Source of the DNA: Octopus sinensis
Taxonomy: Eukaryota
Direction: 5' to 3'
Length of the DNA: 64,000 nt
Assembly: GCF_006345805.1 (NCBI RefSeq)
Contig: NC_043002.1
Span: 82,522,001 to 82,586,000, forward strand
The position numbers and the translations under genes were made by a program. The notes below the pieces were generated by a model, which saw nothing but the letters and a program-made list of their open reading frames with translations, did not search any database and was not told the origin of the DNA. This document shows positions 23,791 through 37,429 of this stretch, piece after piece; within the stretch, counting starts at the first letter, position 1; the number at the start of each line of letters is the position of its first letter.

Positions 23791-25569
23791 GTCCACATGT
23801 AAACCCATAAGTATAACCATTCATTTTTTAACCCTGAAAGTAAAAATTATAAAAATCCTAATAGTAGCAAAAGGAAAATTTTGGTTTTAATATCAGTTCA
23901 CTACTCTTTATTTGAAGTAACAAGTAGCAATTCTTTCTGTGAACCATTTATATTACAGCCAAGTATTATGCAAATGGAAACTTTTACATGACTCAAGAAA
24001 GATATAAATGCAGGCAATGTAAGACCAATTTCATTAAAACTACACAAGAAATTCATCAAAATTCATTCACAGATTTCATTCTATTAAACTTAAGATGGTA
24101 GAGAGGCACATTGTTAGAGTGTTGGAAAAATACCTTCCAATATTTCCACCATCTCTTTATATTCTAGTTTCAAATCCTGTTGAGGCTAACTTTGTTTCTC
24201 TTCCTTTCATGGTTGATAAAAAGTGCCGGCCAAGTAATAAGATCAATTTAATCAATTAACCATTTCCTCTAAAATTTGAGGCATTCCCCTGTTTTACAAA
24301 CAAACACAACCAATTAATCAAATGTTTTTGGAAAAATAATCTGCATGTTAGGAAACAGGATAGCTTTCCTGTCATTCAAATATTCGTGAAATTTACAATA
24401 TATCATAATTTCAGCAATTCACATAGTCATACTGTAGGAGATTTCATCATCATTTCACTAAAGATGCATACAGTAATATAGAAACTGATATTGACAAATT
24501 GGCTTTCTATATGAAAAATTTCATTAATTAAGAAATCTTAACCATAACCAATATTTTTTATGCTATTTCACCAATGAGCAACTAATAAGGCAGAGTTTAA
24601 CTCCTTGCTTCCTTCTCCAGTTTATCATATGCCTCTCAATCCATTCAAGCCCTTACTGAAAGGTCAATAGTCATCAGTTTATGTTCAATGATTCCAAACA
24701 GAAATTATGTGTGCTTGTGTGTGTGGATAAGCAAGCACATGTATCTCTCTCTTGAGAACAATAGATTTCGTTGGTGGTACCTGTTATCTCAATTCTAACT
24801 TTTGGTGGCTGAGAAGAGGGCAGGAGGGTCAAGTGAAAAAGACATTATTCTGCTTATATAAGGACTCTGGTAAATGTAACTGCTGTCACTCACAGAAAAA
24901 AACTATTGTTTTAGCGTGAGAAAAGTGCTGTTGAACTGTTAAGTGAAATTTGGCGATCAACAATCAAATTCATGCCATGCCTGCATGAAATCACTATATC
25001 ACCTATGTCTATCCCTCTATTCATAATCTAACCCAGTGCTACTCAACCATGTCTCACCTATGAACCACCTTAATCCCTGTTTTACTCAGGAGGGCTCTCA
25101 TGGCCAATCAGTGTTTTAAAAAATCATTATTATATTTTTATAATTGAATTTATTAGTAATTGTAAAAAGAGGTGCTGAAATAGTTTGTTTCATAGAAGTA
25201 TAATCACTTTTATTCACATGATTTTCAACAACAAACCCTTTTATACAACCACAAACGTCATATAGACCTCATTTGAAGACCAGAGCTTTAATTCCTCATC
25301 ACTTGGCAGAAACCCACTTCCCTCAGTGTTACTCCCCACTCAGATGAAGATTCTTGTCTTACAAATTTCTTTGTAACCTCATTGCTGGTGCCACATGCAA
25401 AGCACTCAATAGGGTACACACTATAAAGTGATTGGAATCAGGAATGGTAGAAAGCATGCCAAGGCAGACAATAGAGCTTAGCACAGTGTTCTGAATTTGC
25501 AGCTCCTGTCAAACAGTCTAACCCTTTCCAGCATGGAAAGCAGACGTTAAATGATGATAGTGATACTAC

Positions 25570-26170
25570 AGACCATACTCAGAGATATGGTGGTTTTTGA
25601 GGAAGCTAAATATAGACAAACAGTTTTTGAAATCTGCACGGGCTATGTACAAGGGTACTATCAGTAACAAGACATTTCACCATGAGTACAATGACAAATT
25701 TAGTGTACAGGTAGGTATTCATCAGGGCTTGGCTCTCAGTCTCATCTTATTCATCATCATTCTGCAGGCCATAACAGAGGACTTCAAAACTGCCTGCCCT
25801 AAGAGCTACTATATGCTGATGGTCTCACTCCAGTAGTGGAATCTATAACACAGTGCAAAAGAAATTCCAAGTGTGGAAGCAAAACATGGAATCGAAGAGC
25901 CTTCAAGTTCACTTAGCAATGACCAAAGTAAAACACCATGTGCAAACAGTGTAGACAAGAATTCCTTAAGGTATACCCAGTAGAAGCTATGGACACACAA
26001 GACGTGCAGGGCAATAACAAGAAAGTTAACAAGACTGCTTCCTTTTCTCGATGGATATCAATATGGCCCTGATATAATCGAGTTTTGAAGATGGAGTGCA
26101 GGTGAAAGGATGGCAGAACTACAAATAAAATTCTAATTGACATTAAAAGAAGAATTCTCAAAATTGTGAA
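25570..26170 (+). mobile_element. RTE/BovB-type LINE RT fragment
   Basis: KFSVQVGIHQGLALSLILFIIILQAITEDFKTACP plus a degenerate YADD and the downstream NSLRYTQ*KLWTHKTC zinc-binding region. Confidence 0.8.
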
Positions 26171-26644
26171 CATTAGACTTGAAAGTTGCCACCTTTAAAA
26201 TATTTTTATTACTGTACAGATAGACAGTAAGAAAACAGCTCAGTTTGCTATTTCGTTACAAAGAGCAGTACAGGTGAGAAACATAAAATGGACAAGATGA
26301 GTGATGAGTAGAAGAAATAATACAATGAACAACAGAAGAATCAGTCAAAATATTTGTGTACAAAATAACAAACAGGAATGAGAAACAATAAGAACAATAC
26401 ATAAAGAAGGGTAAGAGAGAAATGGAAAGGAGAATTCCACTTACAGTTCTGTGCTATCTATCAGTCTATCTATCTGGAAATCATTTTATTTCCAGTTCTA
26501 AATATTTGGTAGTATTTATATCTACTGTTCTCCTTATCTCTATTCCTATCCTCCTGGCACTATCTATTTATCTATCTAATCATTTGCCTGTTTTCCTATC
26601 TGCTCCTCTCTATATATCTCTGTATGTCTCTCTCTCTCTCTGGC

Positions 26645-26841
<197 letters not shown>

Positions 26842-27944
26842 GTTTATCTATATATCTTGCTACTAATCGACCTATCTACCTATATATATATATTGATCAT
26901 TCTCTATTTATCTATCTATCTTTTTTCTGTCTATCTATTTATCAGTCAATCAATCTAATTATTTGTCCATCTAACTGTTGAGATATCAGGTTATCATGCT
27001 GTTTCTTTATCTGGGTATTTCGGAATTCCTGTCCTCATCTCTATCCCTAATCATCTGCCTATGCATTTATCTTTTTTATGTTTGTCTGCCTATCTCTTAA
27101 AAGAGTCTGTCTGTCTTCTATCTCTGTTTCCCTTCATCTCTGTCTGTCTGTCTATCATTCTGCCTACCTTTCTTTCTATTTATCTGTCTGTTTTTCTGGT
27201 TCACTGTCTATCTCTATATTAATCAATCTGTCTCATAAACTAGCTATTTAGTAATTGTTATATATATATATATATAATTATCCATAATCTCAAATACATA
27301 TCAATCTATGTATTTCTCTATCTATCTATCTCTTTGTCTCTCTCTCCCTTTCTATGTGTTTCTCTGGATTTCTATCTCCCCATAATTTTGCCAGCAATGT
27401 ATACGTCTATCTACCTATCTCTTTGTCCTTCTAACTACCTGCCTCCTAACCTATTTGTTAACCGTTTCATCTTCTCTCTCCTCATCTATCTATCTATCTG
27501 TTTGCCTATCTCTCTATCTACCTGTTTCACTATCTTTCTATCTATTACCCCCCATACCCTTCCCCTTCATTTTTCACTTTTGCCGGAAATATATATTTTT
27601 TTCAAAACACATAGAAAAATATGAAGATTACAATTCTGAAAAAATTAGATTTAAATTTGTGCTTTTTTTTTTTTTTTTTTTTTTTTTACATATTCTTAAT
27701 CTCCGTATTTTCCCATGTAAATTGATGGAAAAAAAGGAATTGGAAAAAGTTGGAAAAAAATACCCACTTTAATTTCACATGAATTACTTTGTCATATTAC
27801 TACGAGAAATGACTCTGAAAGAAACTTTTGCAGAATGGTGAGTAGATTAATTACATTATGTTAATGCAGTTTTGTGAGATTTGGCTGTTATTTCTAGCAT
27901 GTGAACAACCTGTTTCTAGGCATGAGAGTATGAATCTCTCTCTC

Positions 27945-28170
27945 TCTCTTCACTTGTTTCAGTCATTTGACTGCAGCCATGCTGGAGCACCGCCTTTAAT
28001 CAAGCAAATCGATCCCAGGACTTATTCTTTGTAAGCCTAGTACTTATTCTATCAGTCTCTTGTGCCGAACCGCTAAGTTCCAGGGACGTAAACACACCAG
28101 CATCAGTTGTCAAGCGATGTTGGGGGGACAAGCACAGACACACAAACATATACACACACATACATACATA
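27945..28170 (-). mobile_element. SINE family A, 3' half
   Basis: Reverse-complement match to the family A tail. Confidence 0.8.
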
Positions 28171-28261
28171 CATATATATATATCGTTTTTGGTTTTTTGT
28201 TTTTCTTATTTCAGCTCAGAGCTGTGGCCATGCTGATGCACCGCCATTTTGTGCTACACTG

Positions 28262-28451
28262 TTATTAATAAGAGCCTCCTCTAATATGTGTCACTCGGTG
28301 AAGAATGGAGTTTGATATAGCTACCCTCATTTGCACCTCTTGCCGTGAGGTAGGTTCATCTGGGACTCTTGACAGGAAGATGCCCAGCTTTGATTTAAAA
28401 ACCGCTACATCTACTTTGTGCAAGTTCCTCAGACTCTTTGGGAGAATATTA
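28262..28451 (-). mobile_element. 3' terminal fragment of a CR1/Jockey-group LINE
   Basis: FNILPKSLRNLHKVDVAVFKSKLGIFLSRVPDEP, a typical ORF2 C-terminus. Confidence 0.75.
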
Positions 28452-28666
28452 AACCCAACCCTAACCCTAACCCTAACCCCTAACCCTAACCCCAACTCTA
28501 ACCCTAACCCCTAACCCTAACCCCTAACCCTAACCCTGACCCTAACCCTAACCCTAACCCTAACCCCTAACCCTAACCCCTAACCCTAACCCCTAACCCT
28601 AACCTTAACCCTAACCTAACCCTAATCCTAACCCCAACCCCTAACCCTAACCCTAGCCCTAACTCT

Positions 28667-28703
<37 letters not shown>

Positions 28704-28778
28704 CTAACCCTAACCCTAACCCTAACCCTAACCCCTAGCCCTAACCCTCACCCTCACCCTAACCCCTAACCCTAACCC
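28452..28778. repeat. Interstitial telomeric repeat array (CCCTAA)n with variants
   Basis: About 330 bp of TAACCC with TAACCCC, TAGCCC, TCACCC and TGACCC variants. Confidence 0.95.
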
Positions 28779-28881
28779 TTTTGTTTCCCATTTTTGCTTT
28801 CCGTTGTTCGAAAAAATAGTTCATATTCCATAGTTGTTTTGTTGTACACGTTTCATGACGTCCTGTGCCCACATATGCATA

Positions 28882-28942
<61 letters not shown>

Positions 28943-28952
28943 TATATATATA

Positions 28953-28983
<31 letters not shown>

Positions 28984-28995
28984 CGTATGTATATA

Positions 28996-29097
<102 letters not shown>

Positions 29098-29132
29098 CGT
29101 ATGTATATATGCATATATATATATATATATAT

Positions 29133-29940
29133 AAACCGCTCCCGGTTTAATGCTCAGTAGGAATAATTATAGTAGTAATAATGATATGAGAGCCAGTACA
29201 GTGACACATAATCTCAGCTCCAGCCAGGGAGTACCCACTAGGGGTATAGTTATAAATAGGGGTGTTGTGGTTGATGGTAACAATGGGAGTAGGGTAGAGA
29301 GCCCCTTTAGCATCCCCAGCATCATTTCCCGCAATAGCAGTACCACGGGCAGTAGCATGACAGCACTCTGATAGATAGTGGAGAATCAGGGGTTATTCCT
29401 ATAGTTAATAGTGACGTAGTGGAAAATAGAGTAGTAAGCGGCTGCAGGTCTCGGAACGAATATAGTGACAGGAACGCAGTTCTAATTTCAGAAACCAATC
29501 CTAGCAGAGTAAGATTCACGTCGGCGAACTCCAAGATCAAAAACGCCGTCTACCAATGCAAGGTTTACACGGACTCAGATGCCTTCACTTATATAGGGGC
29601 ATCGTCCTCAAGATTGTCTTTGCGTGTCTCCAACCATTACGCAACTTTTCGGGACGTGAACAAGCGCCAGACCACGGGACTCAGTAAGCTAATATGGCGA
29701 CTGAAGGATGCGAACTTAAGCTATAGGCTGGAATGGTCAATTTTGTCGGTGGCCCTCCCATTTGATAGGGGCAGAAGACAGTGCAACCTTTGTGTCTCCG
29801 AACTCTTCCATATTTTGTTTGCCAGAGGCCGGATGGTAAACGGGCTCTTACAGTCGGCTTTTCGATGCCCCCATTGGCGGCGTTACACTTATCTGGCCTT
29901 TAAATAGCGTTTATAAATAAGACCGGCACCCATAGCCCTT
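29133..29940 (+). mobile_element. Penelope-like element fragment encoding a C-terminal GIY-YIG endonuclease
   Basis: Frame open 29356-29907: KNAVYQCKV..FTYIG...SNH..F...GLSKLIWRLK..Y..EWSIL..A.PF...CNLC..E....N......CPH, with the PLE-type His/Cys motif. Starts at a (TA)n tract; no RT present. Confidence 0.8.
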
Positions 29941-30814
29941 GGTAACAAATTCTGAAATAGATTTTAAGATATCTACAATTAACCACTGCAAGGGAAATTA
30001 CTCCTGTAAGACAAACGGGGCTTGTTTTTTCACAGCGGGGGGTTTCCTTGTCAAGGTAGGCTTAGATGAACACACACACACACACATAAAACATAAAATA
30101 TATATATATAATTTCTTTATTTTTTTTTCTTTCTGCCACCCAACGGTTATCACGGCAGTAGCCACTGACAGCCGAACGATCAAACGCACACACGTACACA
30201 AAAAATGTTTTCTACCCCTACGCCAACACACACATATATAGAACAGTATACACACACACACGTCTCTAAGTAGATTTTTTCTCGCCCCTTATAAAACATC
30301 CAATATTCTTTAAATAGTCAGAACTTTATTCTCGGTCACAAAGAACGTCTATACACCCTCACCCACATGTTTGACCGATGCCTGACCTGTTGAATTCTTC
30401 AGCCACCGGTTCTCAACATACACTGATAAACAGTTTCGCCATGGGCTCTTAGGAGCACAGTTCGATTTGTTTTTTGCTCTGCCTCTGTTCTGTTTTTGTT
30501 TTTCCAACGGATTTCCTTTTTTCTTCCTGAAGAGAAAGACACAATATGGTCCCATTATTCAATCGGATTTGGTAATTTGTGCTTTCGAAACACGTGTAGA
30601 ATGAAATAAAACGATTTCTGTTCAATCTGTGTTCAGCTCCATTTCTTCAATTCACCAATAATGTTTTAATTTCAATTATCCGCACCAACGCACGGTTGCT
30701 ACGCCAGATGGTTGTACCTCCAACCGTGCTGTTCACTGCTGTGATTTTTGCTACTAAGGTATCGGTTAAACTTTTGATTAATCTACTACAAGATTATTCA
30801 TCTTTCTATTTCAC

Positions 30815-30850
<36 letters not shown>

Positions 30851-31097
30851 TTTTGTGTGTGTGTGTATGTGTGTGTGTGTGTGTATGTATTATTTATATT
30901 ATTACATACATACATACATACACATAACTAAGGAAAATAACGGCCAAAATGACCTTGGCAAGAGTTTGAAAAGAATTTAAATTTAGCTGAATGGACACAG
31001 TAAATGCCACTCACTCTGAATTTATCTGAAATTTCTCACAAAGTTGAAGAAAAACAGCAACACGTTCAGCAGTAATTTGTTGTGGAAGGTCATAGGA

Positions 31098-32291
31098 TAC
31101 ATGTTTCGACTTAGAAGTTCATAGGCTGACTAAGATTTTCTCAGGGAATGTGACCAAATGGAGTTTATTTTTAACCTACTCGCCCTTGCGGTTCACACAC
31201 TTCTTCCATTTGTGTTGCAGTGTTTTGACCCCATGTATGAAGAAGCTTTCATCCTGTTGTTCAAGAAGGTCCTCAACTGCAGTTATGACGTCATCGTCAC
31301 TGTGAAGCTGGTTTTCAGCGAAGTGTTTCTTTCATATGGGGGAACAGGTGATAGTCAGATAGGGCCAAATCAGGAGAATAGGGAAGATGATTAACAAGTT
31401 CGAAGCCATAGTATTGCGTACCAGTCACCGAAACTAAGGACTTATGTGCTAGAGTATTGTCCTGATGAAACGAGACCCCTTTTGTCAGTTTTCCTGGGCG
31501 TTTGGTCTTGATAGCTTTTAAATTACTGTCTGAGCAAGTTGGCATTATACTTTCCATTGATGATGTGGTCTCTTTTGAAGATCGTCAATAAACCATCGGA
31601 ACAGGTTAGAAGAGCTGTTTTCACTGCATAGATTGTCTCTTTGTCTTTCACTCAAAGTGGTGAAGTCAAACAGGCATCCTGCCTTAGGAAACGTTCAAGG
31701 AAACCAGCTGGACCTGCCTGAAATAATGTCAGATATTCCCGTAGTATGACCAGCCTGGTGCGGTTTTGATCAAGTGCTAAAAGATGTGGCACCTACCGAG
31801 CAATAAACCTTCGTCATACCAAGTTCATTGTGCACATCAACTCCCACATCAGATATGCTAATAGTATTGACTACTTGATTTATAGTAAATCGCTGGTCAT
31901 CCATCACCATGTGCTGAACACGGTCAGTTTTTTCCTTGGCGGTGGTAGTTGAAGAACGTTCACGCCTTGGGTGATCGCCAAGATTCTCCCTTCCATGCCT
32001 TAATTTAGTTCCCCACTTTTGCACTCTTGATAAAGCTGAATACCCTTGGGGGCTAAACCTTTTTTCTGCAGGTATTTGATAACACCGCTATACCCAATTT
32101 TGTCCATTTTTAAGAGAGGTCGCTACTAGTTACTTTTGAAATATTCTTTGAACAGTTATATGTCTGTTTATCTGGAAAGAAAACATTGCATCTAATTAAG
32201 AAGAAGACCTGAAATTAATGCAGGCAAGATTCCACAGCTCTAGCACCACTCCTTCATGATCAGCCTATGAACATTTCGGCCCACCCCCGTA
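31098..32291 (-). mobile_element. Decayed near-full-length mariner element
   Basis: Degenerate TIRs (...GTTCATAGGCTGA at both ends). The minus strand has FHQDNTLAH and HLPYSPDLALSDYHLFPHMKETL. Confidence 0.85.
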
Positions 32292-32419
32292 AAGGGAATT
32301 AACTTCAAGAATTCTATAATATTAATCTGCCTGTCTGGGCGTGTGTTCTTGTGTTGCTCTTGTAACAAACAACCTTAATTGTCGGACAAAATCGAAGACA
32401 GAATCAAAATCTTTAACAT

Positions 32420-32855
32420 GGTGGCTGTGTGGTAAGTAGCTTGCCACTGTGTGGTAAGTGTGGTAAGTAGCTTGCTTACGAACCACATGGTTCCGGGTTC
32501 AGTCCCACTGCGTGGCACCTTGGGCAAGTGTCTTCTACTATAGCCGCTGGCCGACCAAAGCTTTATGAGCGGATTTGGTAGACGGAAACTGAAAGAAGCC
32601 CGTCGTATATATATGTGTGTATATATATGTATGTGTTTGTGTGTCTGTGTTTGTCCCCCCAACATCGCTTGACAACCGATGCTGGTGTGTTTACGTCCTC
32701 GTAACTTAGCGGTTCTGCAAAAGAGACTGACAGAATAAGTACTAAGCTTACAAAGAATAAGTCCTGGGGTAGATTTGCTCGACTAAAGGCGGTGCTCCAG
32801 CATGGCCACAATCACATGACTGAAACAAGTAAAAGAGTAAAGAGTAAAAAAGAGA
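32420..32855 (+). mobile_element. SINE family A
   Basis: Full-length match, with a small head duplication. Confidence 0.85.
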
Positions 32856-33054
32856 ATAATAATATAATGCTGCCAAAATCTCTGAATTTATGCACCAAAA
32901 TAGAAATCAAGGACATAATCATGAAGAGGTGTGCGAAGCAGTGACAAAGTAAAAGAAAGTTCAAACCAGTTTAAAAAGGCTTGAGAGACAGTTGAACGCG
33001 TAAAGGTTCTTCGCTGCAGTTTTTCGTGGAGGAAAGGTATTAGAGCACTATAGT

Positions 33055-33385
33055 CGGCTCAGAGTATGGCTTGTTGCACTCACGATTGTAAGTTCGTAGT
33101 TTCGATTTGCGGGCCGGGCGGTGCACTGTGTTCTTGACCAAAACATCTTATTTCCTCTTGCTCTGCGATCACTTTGACATCTGACGTTTGACACACGGTG
33201 CACCTGTACAATGTCGGTTTGACGCAGGGAGTGAGCTCATGGACAACACATACATTTGATCCCTATAAACAAACCTTTTGTGCAGGTCGTTGGGCAAGAA
33301 GTTGCCGAACTGGGCCAGACCTAGAGCTGGAGCATTGCCTAAGGGAAGCGTACAGCCTGGTCTTGGAGGAGGGGCTTTGTGTATA
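33055..33385 (+). mobile_element. Old tRNA-derived SINE with CORE-like segment
   Basis: ...CACTCACGATTGTAAGTTCGTAGTTTCGATT...GCACTGTGTTCTTGACCAAAACATCTTATTTC, a tRNA-like head followed by a CORE-like motif. Confidence 0.5.
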
Positions 33386-34690
33386 GTATTTATATATATG
33401 TAATTATTGAACTATGTTGTTGTTTTTCATGGACTGTTAAGTCCAAAAATTGAAAAGTTGTAAAAGTTGTAAGAGGTTCAATACCTCGTTTTATGTTTGG
33501 TTTTAAAGAACAATGTTTTAGAGAAGCAGAAGTCGGCGGGCGCTTTTTGTCTTCTTCCATCCTTATTATCCTTGTTTCATTATCATTCATTTCATTAATG
33601 TCCTTGTCCAGCCTGCAAAGCTAGTTTACTCTATGTACTGCCTTTATGGCAAATGAAATAAAGAAGTTGCAAAACTCCCATCTGTCGTCCACGACAGAAG
33701 AATTCACAATTGATTGCATAAAACCTAACCAGAGATCGTAAGGTGTTCAGCTTGTATGGAAATAGCTGAGACGCAGTTTAGATTGTTATGCTTTTGGTGT
33801 CGTTGTTTCAGGTACAAGTTTTGCAGTGTGGGTTATTGTTGCGGTGTCAATCATAGTAACAATTCGTTCATGCAGCAGAAATTAGAGAAAACTATTTTCA
33901 GTTTTATTGAGTTGCATTGTTGTATTTTAGTGAGGGTGTGGTAAGTTGAAAAGTTTATTTACAAGAAAAATGAAAGGCAATATATCGTGATCGAGGTTTT
34001 ATAGCAAGTCGGTGACGTCAGCAGATTTAAGCACTTACTTTTATGGCATGGTGTGTGTGTGTGCGTGCATGTATGTGTGTGTATGCTCGTTTATCTGTAT
34101 GTGTGTGTGTGTGTGTGTGTGTATCGTCCTCAGCGACAGGATTATTAATTCAAAAGTTGAAAATTGCAATTTGTGTCTTCTATTTAAAGAAGATATGTCA
34201 TTGAATGCTAGATAAACAGTTGTATTCGTTTCGACAAACATAAAAATATACCCAAAAGCAGGCGAAAATCGTACAGCGGCTGTGGTGGCATTGCTAAATA
34301 CACGTTCTTTTGGGCTTTTGGGCTTCGTCAGAAACAGTTATCCATTGGCAACTGCATGCTAAGACCAAATCAACCGCTAATGACATAGTAAGAATATGAT
34401 TACTAAACCATTGCTCTGGCGCCTAATTGAGAGACATCGGAGGATTTTCATATATTTTTTAATGTTTTTTAACACTTTGCGTTTACAAGGGATACTTCCT
34501 AGAGATAAATAATGCAGTTTAGCAGGCTTTCAGCAATGTGTGCTTTCAGTTTGATATACAGATTACTGTGTGTATGTGTGTGTGTGTGTGTGAGAGAGAG
34601 TCTGTTTGTGTATGAGTTACATATATTGTTTATAACGAATAAAAAAAAGTGGTCAGCAGACAGAATGGAGTATAAGTTTACTGGACTGTG

Positions 34691-34741
<51 letters not shown>

Positions 34742-36020
34742 CCTACGTACACACATACAAACACTGATACACACACCAGTTCAACTTATACCAACACGCA
34801 CATCTTCACATAACCTCTCTCCACACATCACACACAAACACACCTCACAAACTACTTACACACGCACACACACATACAATTACACATAATCCGTCCATAC
34901 ACGTAAACATTATCTTCTCTTTTCTCCAACACAGCCACTACACACGTTCATACTTCGACCTCGCTTTATGACGCGTCCAATGCATTCGTCACATACACTC
35001 AAATACGTACGTAGACCCTATGTATCATACTCACACACGGACACACACACAAACTGAGAGACCGAATAAATGCCAGAGAATTAGTATATATAAATATATG
35101 TGTGTGCATGTGTTTCTTAATCCATGTAAATTCTTACTCTCATTAGGAACTATTTTTCAACAAAAAGCAAAGTCTTCGTCGCTGGAATTTGGACAACAAA
35201 AACTATTAAAGTTAAATGTTGAACTTGCATATTTTAATTATTCTGCTCTCGAATTGTATCTGTGGTTTGTATAAACTGATCAATTTCTTTATCTGAAAAT
35301 ATTAGCTTTTCGTGATAGTCGCTTCAGCTTTTACTAACACAGCCAAGTATTATGTAAATTAATAATCTGAGTAGAGAAACTGCAGGTTTCAAAGCAGATG
35401 TCCATAAATATTATCTCTCTCTCTCACTGATTTTGTAAGAAATGCTCACATCTGCAGAGCAGCTGACGTCTATAACTGCACCTCGTTTTCCTTTTCTGTC
35501 CCGATTAACTATACCAAGCCTGTTAAGTCTGCACTTGGTGTAAATTTTTATGAGAATGTTCCACCAATAATCTTTGGGTTAATATGTATGTTTTCAATAA
35601 CTGGGTTATTTTCTATGTTTATCCGAGAGTATTGTATATTGTTTTAACAACCACAAACATATGCTGCATCAAGAAGCAGTACTTGGATGACATTTTTAAA
35701 CATCTATTAACCACATGTGTAATAACATCCTCAGACATGCGACTTCATCAACATTTTTGTTGCATCTTGGGGATTTAGGGAATTCGCTGCCGCTTGTACT
35801 TATTTAGGGTATTTAGTTGTTATCTTTAGCACTTGGATTGCAAAAGCAACCGAAATGTGACTCGACATAACAGTCACGAGTCAAACAAAAGATACACTTC
35901 ATGTTAATATTAGCTTTAACTTCAAGTTGACAGGAGACATACCCTGATGTAACCTTTTTGTGGTCTGCAGAGTGATTTTTGTTCTTTACTTTTCAGGTTT
36001 TTGCTGAGAAAGAATTCCTT

Positions 36021-36165
36021 ACAAGAATTCCTTAAGGTATACCCAGTAGAAGCTATGGACACACAAGACGTGCAGGGCAATAACAAGAAAGTTAACAAGA
36101 CTGCTTCCTTTTCTCGATGGATATCAATATGGCCCTGATATAATCGAGTTTTGAAGATGGAGTGC
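36021..36165 (+). repeat. Perfect 145-bp copy of 25955-26099
   Basis: Base-by-base identity by eye, including the inactivating stop of the RTE donor. Confidence 0.95.
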
Positions 36166-36512
36166 TTCATCAATGGCAGAAGGGGGGCGACCAGATCTGG
36201 GAGCTGTTTCTACAGAGTTCCGACCAGCGTTTTACAAGGTCATATGATGGGGCATCATCACCATAAGTTACTTTCATTTCATCAAAAGTCTCCCGTGGTG
36301 TGTGTCCTTTCAAATTAAAAACTGGATCACTGCTCGAAATTCAACAGGCTCCATTTCACACTTGACTCAGTTCAAACATCTGTAAATCAGAAACCACAAT
36401 TAGTTCAGAGCTGTAATTTTCCACTTCATCTATAGAGATATAAATAAATGCACATGCAAAATCAAACAATTGCAAGTGGGTCAGAGGCATTACTTATTGA
36501 ACGTCCCTCGTA
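36166..36512 (-). mobile_element. Mariner 5' fragment (TIR + HTH region)
   Basis: The minus strand starts TA|CGAGGGACGTTCAATAAGTAAT and encodes KGHTPRETFDEMKVTYGDDAPSYDLVKRW...ETAPRSGRP. Confidence 0.85.
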
Positions 36513-36630
36513 TATGTTTTATATATACGTATTGTTTTAAGGGAATTTCATTCCCCGAAAATATTAGTTATTGAACCAGTATTTCCTTGGATGCAACCAT
36601 CCCTTCACGAGGTTAGCATATCCTCTAATC

Positions 36631-36662
<32 letters not shown>

Positions 36663-36759
36663 ACAAATATATATATATATATATATAACTTTACGGAGAT
36701 ATACTTGCATAGCAAGTGACTTGATCTGAAATCGTGTGCTGAAACAAAAACAATTGTTC

Positions 36760-37019
36760 CAGCGTGGAAGGTGTTTATAAGCCATTTAAGAAACACACAA
36801 AAACCATTAGATTCACTTCAGCATTTAAATTTAATTTGTCAAAATATTTTCGTCGCTTTGAAACCGCGACCTGTTCACTGATAAAATTCCGTGCTGTATC
36901 AGTGAACAGGTCGCAGTTTGAAAGCGACGAAAATATTTTGACAAATTAAACTCAAATGTTGAAGTGAATCGAACAGTTTTCGTGTGTTTTTAGATGGCTT
37001 ATAAACACTTTCCACGCTG
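36760..37019. repeat. Foldback element: ~124-bp inverted arms with a 13-bp spacer
   Basis: CAGCGTGGAAGGTGTTTATAAGCCAT...GACCTGTTCACTGATA / TATCAGTGAACAGGTC...ATGGCTTATAAACACTTTCCACGCTG. Confidence 0.9.
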
Positions 37020-37021
37020 CA

Positions 37022-37128
<107 letters not shown>

Positions 37129-37397
37129 CAAATCACACCATGCCTATTGAGGAGGTCAAAAGTCAACAATGTGTTGAAGTATTGAATCAAAAGGATCTAA
37201 TTCTTTTAATCCAATCTCATGTCGCAACATAAACTCAATTTTTTAGTGGGGAGATAACTCAGTTTTTTAATGGCAATTTTTTAATGGGTTGAGATAACCA
37301 AAAAGTAACCGATTTAAAAGGAGGATACCTATTTGTAGTTAAGTCCGGAAGGGACTTTGATATATAGTAATAGTAGTAGTGGAAGCCGTAGCATCAG

Positions 37398-37429
<32 letters not shown>

